Shown here in pieces: positions 1 to 9,032 of a stretch of 32,000 nt of DNA; positions within the stretch are counted from its first letter, which is position 1; each line of letters starts with the position of its first letter. The notes under the pieces are model-generated. The model did not search any database. It was not told the origin of the DNA and saw only the letters and a program-made list of their open reading frames with translations. Position numbers and translations under genes: made by a program. Origin of the DNA: Synechocystis sp. PCC 6803 substr. PCC-P (GTDB lineage Bacteria > Cyanobacteriota > Cyanobacteriia > Cyanobacteriales > Microcystaceae); contig NC_017039.1 of NCBI RefSeq assembly GCF_000284455.1, positions 1,680,001 to 1,712,000 on the forward strand, written 5' to 3'.

Positions 1-1
1 A

Positions 2-1162
2 TTGGTGTTAACAGCCAGCCATAATCCCGCCAATTATTTGGGTTTAAAAGTTAAAGGAGCGTTCGGTGGTTCCGTGGGCAGTGACGTTACAGAAAAAATA
101 GAAGCCCAATTGCAAAATTCCTTACCCCAGCCCCAAGCGGGAGGTAGTTTGCAATATTTTGATCCCTGGCCTAGTTACTGCCAAGGCTTGCAGGCAAAAG
201 TAAATGTTCAACCCATTCGAGAAGCAGTTCAACAGGGAAAACTCCGGGTATTTGCCGATGTGATGCATGGCGCAGCCGCCAGTGGCTTGGAGCGGTTACT
301 AGGTTGTCCCATTGATGAAATTAACGGCGATCGAGATCCCTTGTTTGGCGGTGCTTCCCCTGAACCTTTGCCCAAATACGTTCCTAAATTATTAGCAGCG
401 CTGCAAACGGCGGCCAAAGCTGGTGGGCCAGAGTTACGGGTGGGTTTGATTTTTGATGGCGATGCCGATCGGATTGCCGCAGTAGACGGCCAGGGTAATT
501 TTCTCAGTTCCCAGGGTTTAATTCCCATTTTGATTTACCACTTAGCTACCCAAAAAGGCCTCCAGGGAGAAATTGTTAAAACCGTTAGTGGCTCCGACCT
601 AATTCCCAAGTTGGCAGAGCTTTACGGCATTCCCCTCACGGAAACGGCGATCGGTTATAAGTATATTGCTGATCGAATGTTAACCAGTCCAGTCTTGATT
701 GGTGGGGAAGAATCCGGTGGCATTGGCTATGGGGGTCACATTCCTGAACGGGATGCGTTGTTATCCGCCCTATATGTGTTGGAAACAGTGGTACAGTCCC
801 AACAGGATATTAGTGAACAGTATGGTCGACTCCAGGAAAAAGTCTGCTTTGTCAGTGAGTATGACCGCATTGATTTACCCTTGGCCAGCATGGATGTCCG
901 CACTGCGTTGGTACAAACCCTAAATGAAAATCCCCTAACGGCGATCGCCGGAGAACAAGTGACAGATTTATTGACCACCGACGGCTACAAATTCCGTATG
1001 GCCGGTGGCGGTTGGTTGCTAATTCGCTTTAGTGGGACGGAACCTTTACTGCGGCTTTACTGCGAGGCTCCCACCAGTTCCCGGGTACAGACGGTGCTCC
1101 ACTGGGCAAAGGATTGGGCAAATGGGGTAACGCCTGCCAAGCCTGCACAATCATCTCACTGA
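2..1162 (+). CDS. Phosphoglucomutase/phosphomannomutase family protein, C-terminal part (5' end outside window)
   Basis: ORF open at the window edge; motifs typical of the alpha-D-phosphohexomutase family: metal-binding loop 'GLIFDGDADRIAAVD', sugar-binding loop 'GGEESGGIGYGGHIPERD', C-terminal phosphate-binding 'RFSGTEPLLRLYCEA'. Confidence 0.95.
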   Translation: MVLTASHNPANYLGLKVKGAFGGSVGSDVTEKIEAQLQNSLPQPQAGGSLQYFDPWPSYCQGLQAKVNVQPIREAVQQGKLRVFADVMHGAAASGLERLLGCPIDEINGDRDPLFGGASPEPLPKYVPKLLAALQTAAKAGGPELRVGLIFDGDADRIAAVDGQGNFLSSQGLIPILIYHLATQKGLQGEIVKTVSGSDLIPKLAELYGIPLTETAIGYKYIADRMLTSPVLIGGEESGGIGYGGHIPERDALLSALYVLETVVQSQQDISEQYGRLQEKVCFVSEYDRIDLPLASMDVRTALVQTLNENPLTAIAGEQVTDLLTTDGYKFRMAGGGWLLIRFSGTEPLLRLYCEAPTSSRVQTVLHWAKDWANGVTPAKPAQSSH

Positions 1163-1355
1163 GGCGGTCCCTTTGGACGTAATCCAATAAACCATCCTCC
1201 GCCAGAATTTCCTGAACCACGTCATCCAAAGATTGGTCATGGGCCCGGGCCCAGTTGATAACCCCGGCGATCGCCACCGCCACTAATTCCTCGTTAGCGG
1301 GGAAACGGCGCAGGGCATCTAGTTCAGCGTAGGTTTTGGGGATGGCGTAGTGCAT
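1029..1355 (-). CDS. Conserved cyanobacterial hypothetical protein, overlapping the 3' end of the upstream mutase gene convergently
   Basis: ORF 'MHYAIPKTYAELDALRRFPANEELVAVAIAGVINWARAHDQSLDDVVQEILAEDGLL...' has natural protein composition; the C-terminal ~30 aa, antisense to the mutase end, look less natural. Confidence 0.65.
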   Translation of the reverse strand: MHYAIPKTYAELDALRRFPANEELVAVAIAGVINWARAHDQSLDDVVQEILAEDGLLDYVQRDRLSEMIVQAWQALPHLPNPLPSGAPSVPGNWWEPRSKAAVKVPSH

Positions 1356-1426
1356 AGGGTTGGAAGCTTAGCACGGTTCTCTCCATTAAGCAATGGTTAA
1401 GTTGAAAATATTGCTCTGCAATGCAG

Positions 1427-1660
1427 TTAAGGCGAGATGCGAGTTAAGGAAAGCAGAAAATTTGGCAGTACATCTTCTCCCGACAAAGTATCTAGTTGTT
1501 CCAAAATTTCCACTGTTTTATAGAGAGAAACAACTCGGATAATCGGTTTGCCAGATGTCATGGCCGCACGCAAGTTGTCTCCAAGTCATTCCACATGGTT
1601 GATATCACCGTGGCAATATTTGCCAAACCGAGGTCAATGGTAGCATAGAACTACTACGCA
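1427..1660 (-). pseudogene. Possible frameshifted coding relic, family unknown
   Basis: On the minus strand, one frame reads 'FYATIDLGLANIATVISTMWNDLE' and an adjacent frame continues 'LGDNLRAAMTSGKPIIRVVSLYKTVEILEQLDTLSGEDVLPNFLLSLTRISP*'. Both look protein-like, and no start-to-stop ORF joins them. Confidence 0.35.
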
Positions 1661-1795
1661 ACTAGCGCCTCTCATTACTTTATTGAAACTCTTAGCTATT
1701 TTTTGCCTGATTGATCTTTGTTCCTTTGAAAATTGCCTGAAAGCTGATAATAGTTTGGCTCCCTTTTTGTTGAAATAATTCATTCAGATTTCTAT

Positions 1796-1839
1796 TTTTA
1801 TCAAACTGATTAACCCCTTTTATCAAACTGATCAACCCC
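1796..1839. repeat. Two tandem 22-bp direct repeats
   Basis: ttttatcaaactgattaacccc (1796-1817) directly followed by ttttatcaaactgatcaacccc (1818-1839); one mismatch. Confidence 0.9.
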
Positions 1840-1897
1840 AACCTCAGTCGATAGACGTTGACTTGGGGACAGCAAGGGAGAATTTTGAAAATTGTGA

Positions 1898-2569
1898 TTA
1901 CCTCACCATCGCAAATAATTCGTCAAAGGACTGCACGGGAATATCCGGTTTACTGACAATTTCAACAATTTTATTTTTAGCACTGGGGCTAAAGAGAGAT
2001 TCCACACAAGCTTCTGCTACTTTTTGCCGGGGAATACTACCATCAAATAACGTATCTGCCCCGGCCATGACGATGGCGTTATCATTGTCCTCATTTTTCA
2101 AGCCCCCTGGCCGCACAATGGTGTAGGGGACACCACTCTGACGCAGATAATTTTCGCCCCATTGTTTCCAGACCAGAATTAAGCCAAACAGATTGAGGGG
2201 ATGGAAGAGGTTAGACACACAAAGGGAAGACACCAACACTAATTGTTCAATGCCATTGGCTTTGGCTATATCCACCAGGTTGCGAGTGCCTAGATAATCC
2301 ACTTTGAAAGGCCCGGTTAAGTCCGCACTGGGTCTGGCCCCGGCCGCATTAATCACCACTGTGCAACCGGCGATCGCCGCCTTGATGGTTTCTGGTTCCA
2401 GCAGGTCTCCTACCATAATCTCTGTTCCTGGGGGTAACACCGCCTTAGCGCTGTCGTAGTTCCGCACCAAAGCCCGCACTGCAATTTGGCGATCGGTTAA
2501 GGTATTGACAACTCGTTTGCCTGTTTCTCCGGTGGCGCCGATAACTAAAACTTTCATGGTTAAATTCAA
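1898..2569 (-). CDS. NAD(P)-binding atypical SDR family protein (YwnB/Ycf39-like fold)
   Basis: N-terminal Rossmann motif 'KVLVIGATGETGKRVV' and 'VLVSSLCVSN...YTIVRPGGL' typical of atypical SDRs. Confidence 0.85.
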   Translation of the reverse strand: MNLTMKVLVIGATGETGKRVVNTLTDRQIAVRALVRNYDSAKAVLPPGTEIMVGDLLEPETIKAAIAGCTVVINAAGARPSADLTGPFKVDYLGTRNLVDIAKANGIEQLVLVSSLCVSNLFHPLNLFGLILVWKQWGENYLRQSGVPYTIVRPGGLKNEDNDNAIVMAGADTLFDGSIPRQKVAEACVESLFSPSAKNKIVEIVSKPDIPVQSFDELFAMVR

Positions 2570-2610
2570 TTAATTTTGAAGTAAAGGTGATAAATATTTT
2601 AAGTCTGGAA

Positions 2611-3288
2611 CTAGAAAGCAATTTCCGTTAAGCGCCGTTGCAACATTGTCGGAAACTGTCCGTAGTAACGCTTATTCAACGGTGAAGGGTGAGGTAAAGG
2701 CATTAATCTAACAATTTTTTGACTACCTTTGCCTGCCGCCGTTTTCGCTTTGATCAAAACATCTAATGAGCATTCGTACCTATCCCCCCCTTGGAAGAAT
2801 TCATCCAACTGGCCCTTGGGGGCATAGGGAGCAAACCATTTAAAAGCTTCCGTTCCCAGGGTGATAATTTGTTTCCCTTGCCAATGGAACACTAACAATT
2901 GCTCCACAAAAGGGCGAAACCTTTCCTTAACTTTGACAGAATAAGCCTTATTTTCCGGGGGTTTATAGGGCACCGTATTAGTAAGCAAAATCCTTTGACA
3001 GACCGTTTGTAAATCATCTTGTCCCCTGGGAACCCGACCCTGCCAAGCTTCAAAAAACCCCTTCCTCACTAGCCGCCCTGCCGCTCCGATTAAGGGTTGT
3101 CCTTGGCGCACCTCATCCGCCCCTAAATCCCTGCCAAAAAAACAGAGCTGACTACCGAGGTTACCCCCAAATAAAATTGGATCTAGGGCATCTTTGCCGG
3201 CCTGCTCATAAATGGGAGAGTCTAGGGGAAATGGTTCCCGTTCTGCTTCTTGGCGAATAGTGCGGATCAGGGTTTGAAGCTCTGACAT
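2611..3288 (-). CDS. Uracil-DNA glycosylase superfamily-like protein
   Basis: 'LCFFGRDLGADEVRQGQPLIGAAGRL', 'LLTNTVPYKPPENKAYS', 'IITLGTEAFKWF' and 'LMPLPHPSPLNKR' resemble the UDG superfamily motif order. Confidence 0.75.
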   Translation of the reverse strand: MSELQTLIRTIRQEAEREPFPLDSPIYEQAGKDALDPILFGGNLGSQLCFFGRDLGADEVRQGQPLIGAAGRLVRKGFFEAWQGRVPRGQDDLQTVCQRILLTNTVPYKPPENKAYSVKVKERFRPFVEQLLVFHWQGKQIITLGTEAFKWFAPYAPKGQLDEFFQGGDRYECSLDVLIKAKTAAGKGSQKIVRLMPLPHPSPLNKRYYGQFPTMLQRRLTEIAF

Positions 3289-3524
3289 GGAAGAAACTGA
3301 GATAACTGATTGGCAAAAAAATCGGTAGGAAAAACTAGGAGATCCATGGCCTCGCCCAAGGAAAAATATCCTAGGGTCACAGACAGATAAATGTTAAAGA
3401 CTGTTGCAGAAGTGTGCGTCTCCGTTAATGCCATGGTAGTTTTTATAGGGGCCACAAGTCCCTCAATTCAGCACTTGCCGATTATTTTTCAGTCAACAGT
3501 ATTGCTCAAGGAGGAAAAAGGACA

Positions 3525-3719
3525 GTGTCAGCTACCCAGGTAGACGTTTCCCAGCCCCAAGAAGCCATCAGTGATTACGTGGCGGAACTGCAACTGCACA
3601 TGACGCTCCAAGCCCGTAACCTGGTCCCCACCCTAACCCAAACCCCAGGGCCATGTCATAGCCTCGTGCATGAAAGCCAGGCCATGGTAGAAAAAATTAT
3701 CTCCCGTCAGCGCTGCTAG
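3525..3719 (+). CDS. Small hypothetical protein (64 aa)
   Basis: ORF 'MSATQVDVSQPQEAISDYVAELQLHMTLQARNL...VEKIISRQRC' with a purine-rich stretch (aaggaggaaaaagg) upstream as possible RBS. Confidence 0.5.
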   Translation: MSATQVDVSQPQEAISDYVAELQLHMTLQARNLVPTLTQTPGPCHSLVHESQAMVEKIISRQRC

Positions 3720-3988
3720 GAAGTTCACCGACATTACTTTTTATATTTTCCCTGATAGAGCCAGCCCAAGGAAATTTCCCCCCGTCCTGAACAGTGGTTT
3801 CCCTGGTGGCTTGCCAATGGTTGTCGGCAATAGTGGTATAATCCTGACTTTGCTGCATCAAAAATGGTGCGTCACAAAAAGCCCAAACCTAGAGATGGGA
3901 CGGGCGATCGCCGTTAGTTAAACACTGTGTTGAAGCTGACGAAATTTGCTCCCCCATGGTTCGCGGTTCTGAACTTTATTGGAAGCCC

Positions 3989-4900
3989 ATGAGTAAGAAG
4001 TGTTCCCCCTGGTTAAAAGTCGGTGTATTGGCCACCAGTGCCGCCTTGCTAAGTACCACTCCAGCTTTAGCAAATCAGCCCGAAACCTTTGCCAGCGTTG
4101 ACTATTTTCAGGGTAGGCAGTCGGTTCCCATCGAAGTGGAAATGCCCACTGGGGGATTTGGCAACATTGGTTCTCCCATTTACCAGGGGGCCTGTCCAGC
4201 AACTTTCCAACCCATTGTGCAACGAATTGTGGGGGCCAAGGCCATGCCCAATTGGGGGGTATTAGTGGAAAGGCTTGATGATCGCCAGGTGCTCTATAGC
4301 CATAACGAAAACAAATTTTTTATCCCCGCTTCCAACGCCAAAATTTTTACCACAGCGGCGGCCCTACAAAGGCTGGGTCCCAATGCCACAGTGCGTTCCC
4401 AGCCCCTACGTAATTGGGTGATGACCACAAATAAACGCTCCAACAACAGCTATGCAGAATTGCTGCTCAACACGGTGGGAGGCCCTGGGGCTGTTAAGGC
4501 GGCTGTGGCGGAATTGGGAGTTAACCCCCAGGGTTTTCGCGTAGCCGACGGCTCTGGTTTGTCCCGCAATAATGCGGCTACGCCCCGTTCCCTAGTAGAC
4601 ACCCTCCAGGCAATGTATCGCAGTAGCAATAGTAGTTTGTTCGTTTCTTCCATGCCGATCGCCGGTCAGGATGGCACCCTAGCCCGACGGATGAAAGCTA
4701 CCACGGCTCAAAATAACGTCTTTGCAAAAACTGGCACCCTGCGGGGGGTAAGGGCCCTGTCTGGTTATGCCAACACTCCCGCCCACGGCACCGTTGTTTT
4801 TAGCATTTTGGCCAACGATTGGAGTCGCTCTGGGGATAACCTGGTGCGGGCCATTGACCAGTTGGTGGTGCAAATCAATAACATGGGTGCCTGCGACTAA
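3989..4900 (+). CDS. dacB: D-alanyl-D-alanine carboxypeptidase, PBP4/S13-like, compact form
   Basis: ORF 3956..4900; Met at 3989 begins a plausible signal peptide 'MSKKCSPWLKVGVLATSAALLSTTPALA'. Penicillin-binding motifs SxxK ('PASNAKIFTT'), SxN ('RSNNSYAELL') and KTG ('FAKTGTLRG') present. Confidence 0.85.
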   Translation: MSKKCSPWLKVGVLATSAALLSTTPALANQPETFASVDYFQGRQSVPIEVEMPTGGFGNIGSPIYQGACPATFQPIVQRIVGAKAMPNWGVLVERLDDRQVLYSHNENKFFIPASNAKIFTTAAALQRLGPNATVRSQPLRNWVMTTNKRSNNSYAELLLNTVGGPGAVKAAVAELGVNPQGFRVADGSGLSRNNAATPRSLVDTLQAMYRSSNSSLFVSSMPIAGQDGTLARRMKATTAQNNVFAKTGTLRGVRALSGYANTPAHGTVVFSILANDWSRSGDNLVRAIDQLVVQINNMGACD

Positions 4901-4926
4901 TCCAGACTTAGCAAGGAATTATAAAA

Positions 4927-6246
4927 ATGGATTGGTCAGCCATTGCGGCTTCATTAACTACCCAGGGCTTGGAAGTAATCCAAGATCCCCAGCAAAGAAA
5001 AAAGCTATCCACCGATTACGCCCATTTCAGCCCCATTTTGATGGCGCAGTTGGAGGGCAAACAGGCGGATTTAGTCGTCCTAGCCCGATCAGAACCAGAG
5101 GCAATCGCGGTGATCCGTTGCTGTGTGGCCAATCAAATTCCCCTCACAGTGCGGGGGGCTGGCACCGGCAATTACGGCCAATGTGTTCCCCTGGAGGGAG
5201 GCATTGTGTTGGATTTATCCCCCATGCAAAGGATCATTAGCCTGGAACCGGGTCGGGCCGTGGTGGAGCCGGGGGTAAAGTTAGGCAAGCTGGAACAACA
5301 AGCTAAACAAATGGGCTGGGAGCTGCGCCTGTTACCTTCCACCTATCAAACAGCTACCGTGGGGGGTTTTGTCAGCGGTGGCAGTACTGGCATGGGGGCA
5401 GTGAACTATGGCACCTTATTCGACCCGGGCAACGTCCAGAGCCTCACGGTGTTGACCATGGAAGCGGAACCCCAACGGCTGATTCTGTCCGGCGAGGCGG
5501 CCCAACCAGTCATCCATGGCTATGGCACCAACGGCATTATTACTGAAATTACTTTGCCCCTTACTCCAGCCCTACCTTGGCGGGAAGCCATCGTCAGTTT
5601 TACGAATTTATCTTCGGCGATCGCCTTTGCCCAAAATTTGGCCCATCAAGACGGCATTGTTAGTAAGGAAATTTCCATTCAAGCCGATCCGATTCCGCAA
5701 TATTTCAGCAGTTTAAAAAGTTATTATCAACCCGGAGCTCACTGGGTAATGGTGATTGTTTCTGAGTTGGATTGGCTAGCTTTTACGCAGTTGGCCAAGG
5801 CAAGTAAAGGGGAAATTATCTTTGAGCAAGATCCCCAAAGCCCAGGGAAAAAAATTAATTTGATTGAATTTAATTGGAACCACACCACTCTTTTGGCTAG
5901 GGCCGTGGATCCTAGTTTGACCTATCTTCAAGTATTTTTCTATCGAGATGTAGAGCAAATTCTCGCCTTGGCAAAACTATTTAAGGATGAGATTATGTTC
6001 CACATCGAAATAATGCGCATTCAAGGGCAAATGTGCCTAGCTGGTTTTCCTTTGGTTAAATTTATCAACGGTGATCGCCTGGAAGAAATCATGGCCGCCC
6101 ACCAAAATCTAGGGGCCAGAATCGCCAATCCCCACACCTATAGTTTAGCCGGAGGGTCGGTACAACCTCTGCCAGAATCCCAATTAATTTTTAAACGCCA
6201 GGTAGATCCCCTTAATTTGCTCAACCCAGGTAAATTAACCGATTAA
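4927..6246 (+). CDS. FAD-binding oxidoreductase, glycolate oxidase GlcD/GlcE-like
   Basis: 'VRGAGTGNYGQCVPLEGGIVLDLSPMQRI' and 'GGFVSGGSTGMGAVNYG' match the FAD_binding_4 (PCMH-type) domain. Confidence 0.85.
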   Translation: MDWSAIAASLTTQGLEVIQDPQQRKKLSTDYAHFSPILMAQLEGKQADLVVLARSEPEAIAVIRCCVANQIPLTVRGAGTGNYGQCVPLEGGIVLDLSPMQRIISLEPGRAVVEPGVKLGKLEQQAKQMGWELRLLPSTYQTATVGGFVSGGSTGMGAVNYGTLFDPGNVQSLTVLTMEAEPQRLILSGEAAQPVIHGYGTNGIITEITLPLTPALPWREAIVSFTNLSSAIAFAQNLAHQDGIVSKEISIQADPIPQYFSSLKSYYQPGAHWVMVIVSELDWLAFTQLAKASKGEIIFEQDPQSPGKKINLIEFNWNHTTLLARAVDPSLTYLQVFFYRDVEQILALAKLFKDEIMFHIEIMRIQGQMCLAGFPLVKFINGDRLEEIMAAHQNLGARIANPHTYSLAGGSVQPLPESQLIFKRQVDPLNLLNPGKLTD

Positions 6247-6353
6247 TCCAGTTATTTTTACCAAAAAAAATTGGCTAGGATCTCAATTACAAATCCCAAC
6301 CAATCTTTTATCTCACCAAAAAATAGTGAGAAGAATTTATTCGCCAAACAAAA

Positions 6354-6476
6354 CTAGGGGTGGAAAAGAAGATCGGGATAAAAACGATTAAACTCGATCA
6401 AAATACCAGCGGTGAAAGTCAACAAAGCCATGATCATGACCGGAGCAGTTGACAAAAAGGATTTCAAACCGTCCAT
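6354..6476 (-). CDS. psaJ: Photosystem I subunit IX (PsaJ), 40 aa
   Basis: Not in the supplied track (too short). Hand translation of the minus strand gives [40 protein letters not shown]; located directly downstream of psaF. Confidence 0.95.
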   Translation of the reverse strand: MDGLKSFLSTAPVMIMALLTFTAGILIEFNRFYPDLLFHP

Positions 6477-6583
6477 AAATTGAGTCTCCAAAATTGACAA
6501 AGGTAAACAAAAATAATGTCGAAATTGAAGGGAGTTAGATATTAAGCAATAACATCAATAGTTCCCAGTCAATGCCCAACTAA

Positions 6584-7081
6584 TTAGCGGGGGGAAGTGG
6601 GGATTTCTGAATCCTTCATCACCAGTTTGCCGGAGGTGTATTCACCAACGGCGGCCAAGGGCCAAAGGAAACCACCCAACATTTTTTTGATCGCTAGGGG
6701 GACATTAATAACCACTTCCTGCATTTCAGGATTTTTGCTTTCCCGAATTTCAATCAGGTAAGAACGACCAACCCAGCCGATCCAACCAGCAATGTACAGG
6801 AACAAAATGCTAGGAATCAAAAAGTCACCAGCGTGGGTGAAACGACCGTCCACAATCAGGTGGGGATAACCTTCGGGGCCACAGAGGGCAGAGGCATAAC
6901 GTTCCGCCCGAATTTTACCGGAGTTGGGATCGTTGGTGGTATTGAGGAAGTTTTTAGACTTGGCCAAGTAAGCGGGGTTTTCGCTACAGGGGGTCAAATT
7001 GGCAAAATCGTCCGCCGAAGCTGAGGGAGCGAAATTAAACCAGAGTGTAAAGGCTAGGAGCAACGCCAACAAATGTTTCAT
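6584..7081 (-). CDS. psaF: Photosystem I subunit III (PsaF)
   Basis: Protein '[49 protein letters not shown]...' matches PsaF. The track ORF extends upstream to 7147, but the signal peptide begins at the Met at 7081. Confidence 0.95.
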   Translation of the reverse strand: MKHLLALLLAFTLWFNFAPSASADDFANLTPCSENPAYLAKSKNFLNTTNDPNSGKIRAERYASALCGPEGYPHLIVDGRFTHAGDFLIPSILFLYIAGWIGWVGRSYLIEIRESKNPEMQEVVINVPLAIKKMLGGFLWPLAAVGEYTSGKLVMKDSEIPTSPR

Positions 7082-7240
7082 AAGAATCGTTTCCTTGGTT
7101 AAACAAAAGACTAAAAAGGCGGCTAAATAAATAAGCAAGATTCGCAACCTGTTACCGTGATCCGGGGATCGTTAGCCGATAATAGGAAAGACTGGGCTAA
7201 TAAACCGTCGTCTTTTGGATCAAACTCAAACTAGCAGAGA

Positions 7241-8287
7241 ATGGCAATCATTTTAGCAATTGAAACAAGTTGTGATGAAACTGCGGTGGCAATTGTAAAT
7301 AATCGTAACGTTTGCAGTAATGTGGTTTCTTCCCAAATACAAACCCATCAAATTTTCGGCGGGGTAGTACCGGAAGTGGCCTCTCGCCAGCATTTACTTT
7401 TAATTAATACCTGTCTCGACCAAGCTTTGCAAGCAAGTGGTTTGGGTTGGCCAGAAATTGAGGCGATCGCCGTGACCGTGGCTCCGGGGTTGGCAGGGGC
7501 GTTGATGGTGGGGGTGACGGCGGCTAAAACCCTAGCCATGGTGCATCAAAAACCTTTTTTAGGGGTGCATCATCTGGAAGGTCATATCTACGCCAGCTAT
7601 CTGAGTCAACCGGATTTGCAACCACCATTTTTGTGTTTGCTAGTTTCCGGTGGCCACACCAGTTTGATCCACGTTAAAGGTTGTGGGGATTACCGACAAT
7701 TGGGCACCACCAGGGACGATGCGGCCGGGGAAGCCTTTGATAAGGTAGCTCGTTTGCTGGATTTAGGTTACCCAGGGGGCCCTGCCATTGACCGGGCGGC
7801 TAAACAGGGCGATCCAGGGACGTTTAAATTACCAGAAGGAAAAATTTCCTTGCCCCAAGGAGGATATCATCCCTACGATTCCAGCTTTAGTGGTTTAAAA
7901 ACGGCCATGTTACGCCTCACTCAGGAACTTAAACAGAGTTCAGCTCCCTTGCCTGTGGATGATTTAGCGGCCAGTTTCCAAGATACGGTGGCCCGTTCTT
8001 TGACCAAAAAGACCATTCAGTGTGTCCTAGACCATGGCTTAACCACCATTACCGTCGGGGGAGGGGTGGCCGCCAATAGTCGTTTACGCTATCATCTCCA
8101 AACCGCCGCCCAAGAACATCAATTGCAAGTCTTTTTTCCGCCCCTAAAGTTTTGCACCGACAATGCCGCTATGATTGCCTGTGCCGCCGCTGACCATTTC
8201 CAAAACGGCGATCGCTCCCCTTTAACTTTAGGTGTCCAGTCTCGCCTCTCGGTGGAACAAGTCAGCCAGTTGTATGAGCGCAATTAA
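7241..8287 (+). CDS. tsaD: tRNA N6-adenosine threonylcarbamoyltransferase (TsaD/Gcp)
   Basis: 'ILAIETSCDETAVAIV', 'HHLEGHIYASYL', 'LLVSGGHTSLIHV' and 'GGGVAANSRLR' are characteristic. Confidence 0.97.
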   Translation: MAIILAIETSCDETAVAIVNNRNVCSNVVSSQIQTHQIFGGVVPEVASRQHLLLINTCLDQALQASGLGWPEIEAIAVTVAPGLAGALMVGVTAAKTLAMVHQKPFLGVHHLEGHIYASYLSQPDLQPPFLCLLVSGGHTSLIHVKGCGDYRQLGTTRDDAAGEAFDKVARLLDLGYPGGPAIDRAAKQGDPGTFKLPEGKISLPQGGYHPYDSSFSGLKTAMLRLTQELKQSSAPLPVDDLAASFQDTVARSLTKKTIQCVLDHGLTTITVGGGVAANSRLRYHLQTAAQEHQLQVFFPPLKFCTDNAAMIACAAADHFQNGDRSPLTLGVQSRLSVEQVSQLYERN

Positions 8288-8340
8288 CTTGACTTTACTG
8301 AAAAGCTGAAAAATTAGTGGGGCAAATTGATTGAAAAAAT

Positions 8341-8898
8341 ATGGCAGAACCCATGACAGAACAACAGAAAACAGAAAATTGGCTGGAAATCGGTACCATT
8401 GTTGCGGCTCAGGGTATTCAGGGGGAAGTGCGGGTTCTTTCAGCATCAGACTTCCCAGCTAGATTTTTGACTAAGGGTCAACGGTGGATTAGAAAAACCC
8501 CCCAGGAAACGCCCCAACCCCTAACGCTAAAAAAGGGCAAACAAATTCCTGGCAAAAACCTTTATATTCTGCGTTTTACTGAAATTACCGACCGTAATCA
8601 AGCGGAAGCTTTAGTCAATTACCAACTATTAGTCCCCGCCACCGATCGCCTACCGTTGGAGCCGGGGGAATTCCACGTCACTGATTTACTGGGGTTGATT
8701 GTTTACGACCATGACAATGGCGATCGCCTAGGGATAGTGACGGATTTTTACAGTGCTGGCAATGACCTATTGGGGATAACTTTGGATAAAAACCCAGACA
8801 AAGAAGTGCTCGTCCCCTTTGTTGAAGCCATTGTGCCCACGGTAGAACTAGCGGAGCAACGGCTGGAAATTAAAACCATTCCAGGGCTACTGGATTGA
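8341..8898 (+). CDS. rimM: Ribosome maturation factor RimM
   Basis: 'IGTIVAAQGIQGEVRVLS' and 'LLGLIVYDHDNGDRLGIV...LVPFVEAIVP' match RimM/PRC-barrel. Confidence 0.93.
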   Translation: MAEPMTEQQKTENWLEIGTIVAAQGIQGEVRVLSASDFPARFLTKGQRWIRKTPQETPQPLTLKKGKQIPGKNLYILRFTEITDRNQAEALVNYQLLVPATDRLPLEPGEFHVTDLLGLIVYDHDNGDRLGIVTDFYSAGNDLLGITLDKNPDKEVLVPFVEAIVPTVELAEQRLEIKTIPGLLD

Positions 8899-9032
8899 TC
8901 GGCTGTGTTCCTTCATACCAGTTAACTGGCAACCGTACCTTATTTTCTCAGGGGTAAACAAAGTGAATTGCACTGATGCCCAGCCATTTGCCAAATGCTA
9001 AACTGATGCCATTTGAACAAAGCGGGGAAACA

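Noticed and set aside
3267-3455. 62-aa minus-strand ORF upstream of the UDG-like gene
   Set aside because: Overlaps the UDG-like gene start, has no recognisable features and looks like chance readthrough of leader sequence.
3740-3840. Hairpin ttgccaatggttgtcggcaa upstream of the carboxypeptidase gene
   Set aside because: Only a 5-bp stem with a 10-nt loop and no T-run; not enough to call a terminator or riboswitch.
4767-5240. 157-aa plus-strand ORF overlapping the carboxypeptidase and the FAD oxidase
   Set aside because: Out-of-frame overlap of two well-supported genes; Pro/Ser/Arg-rich composition typical of an alternate-frame artefact.
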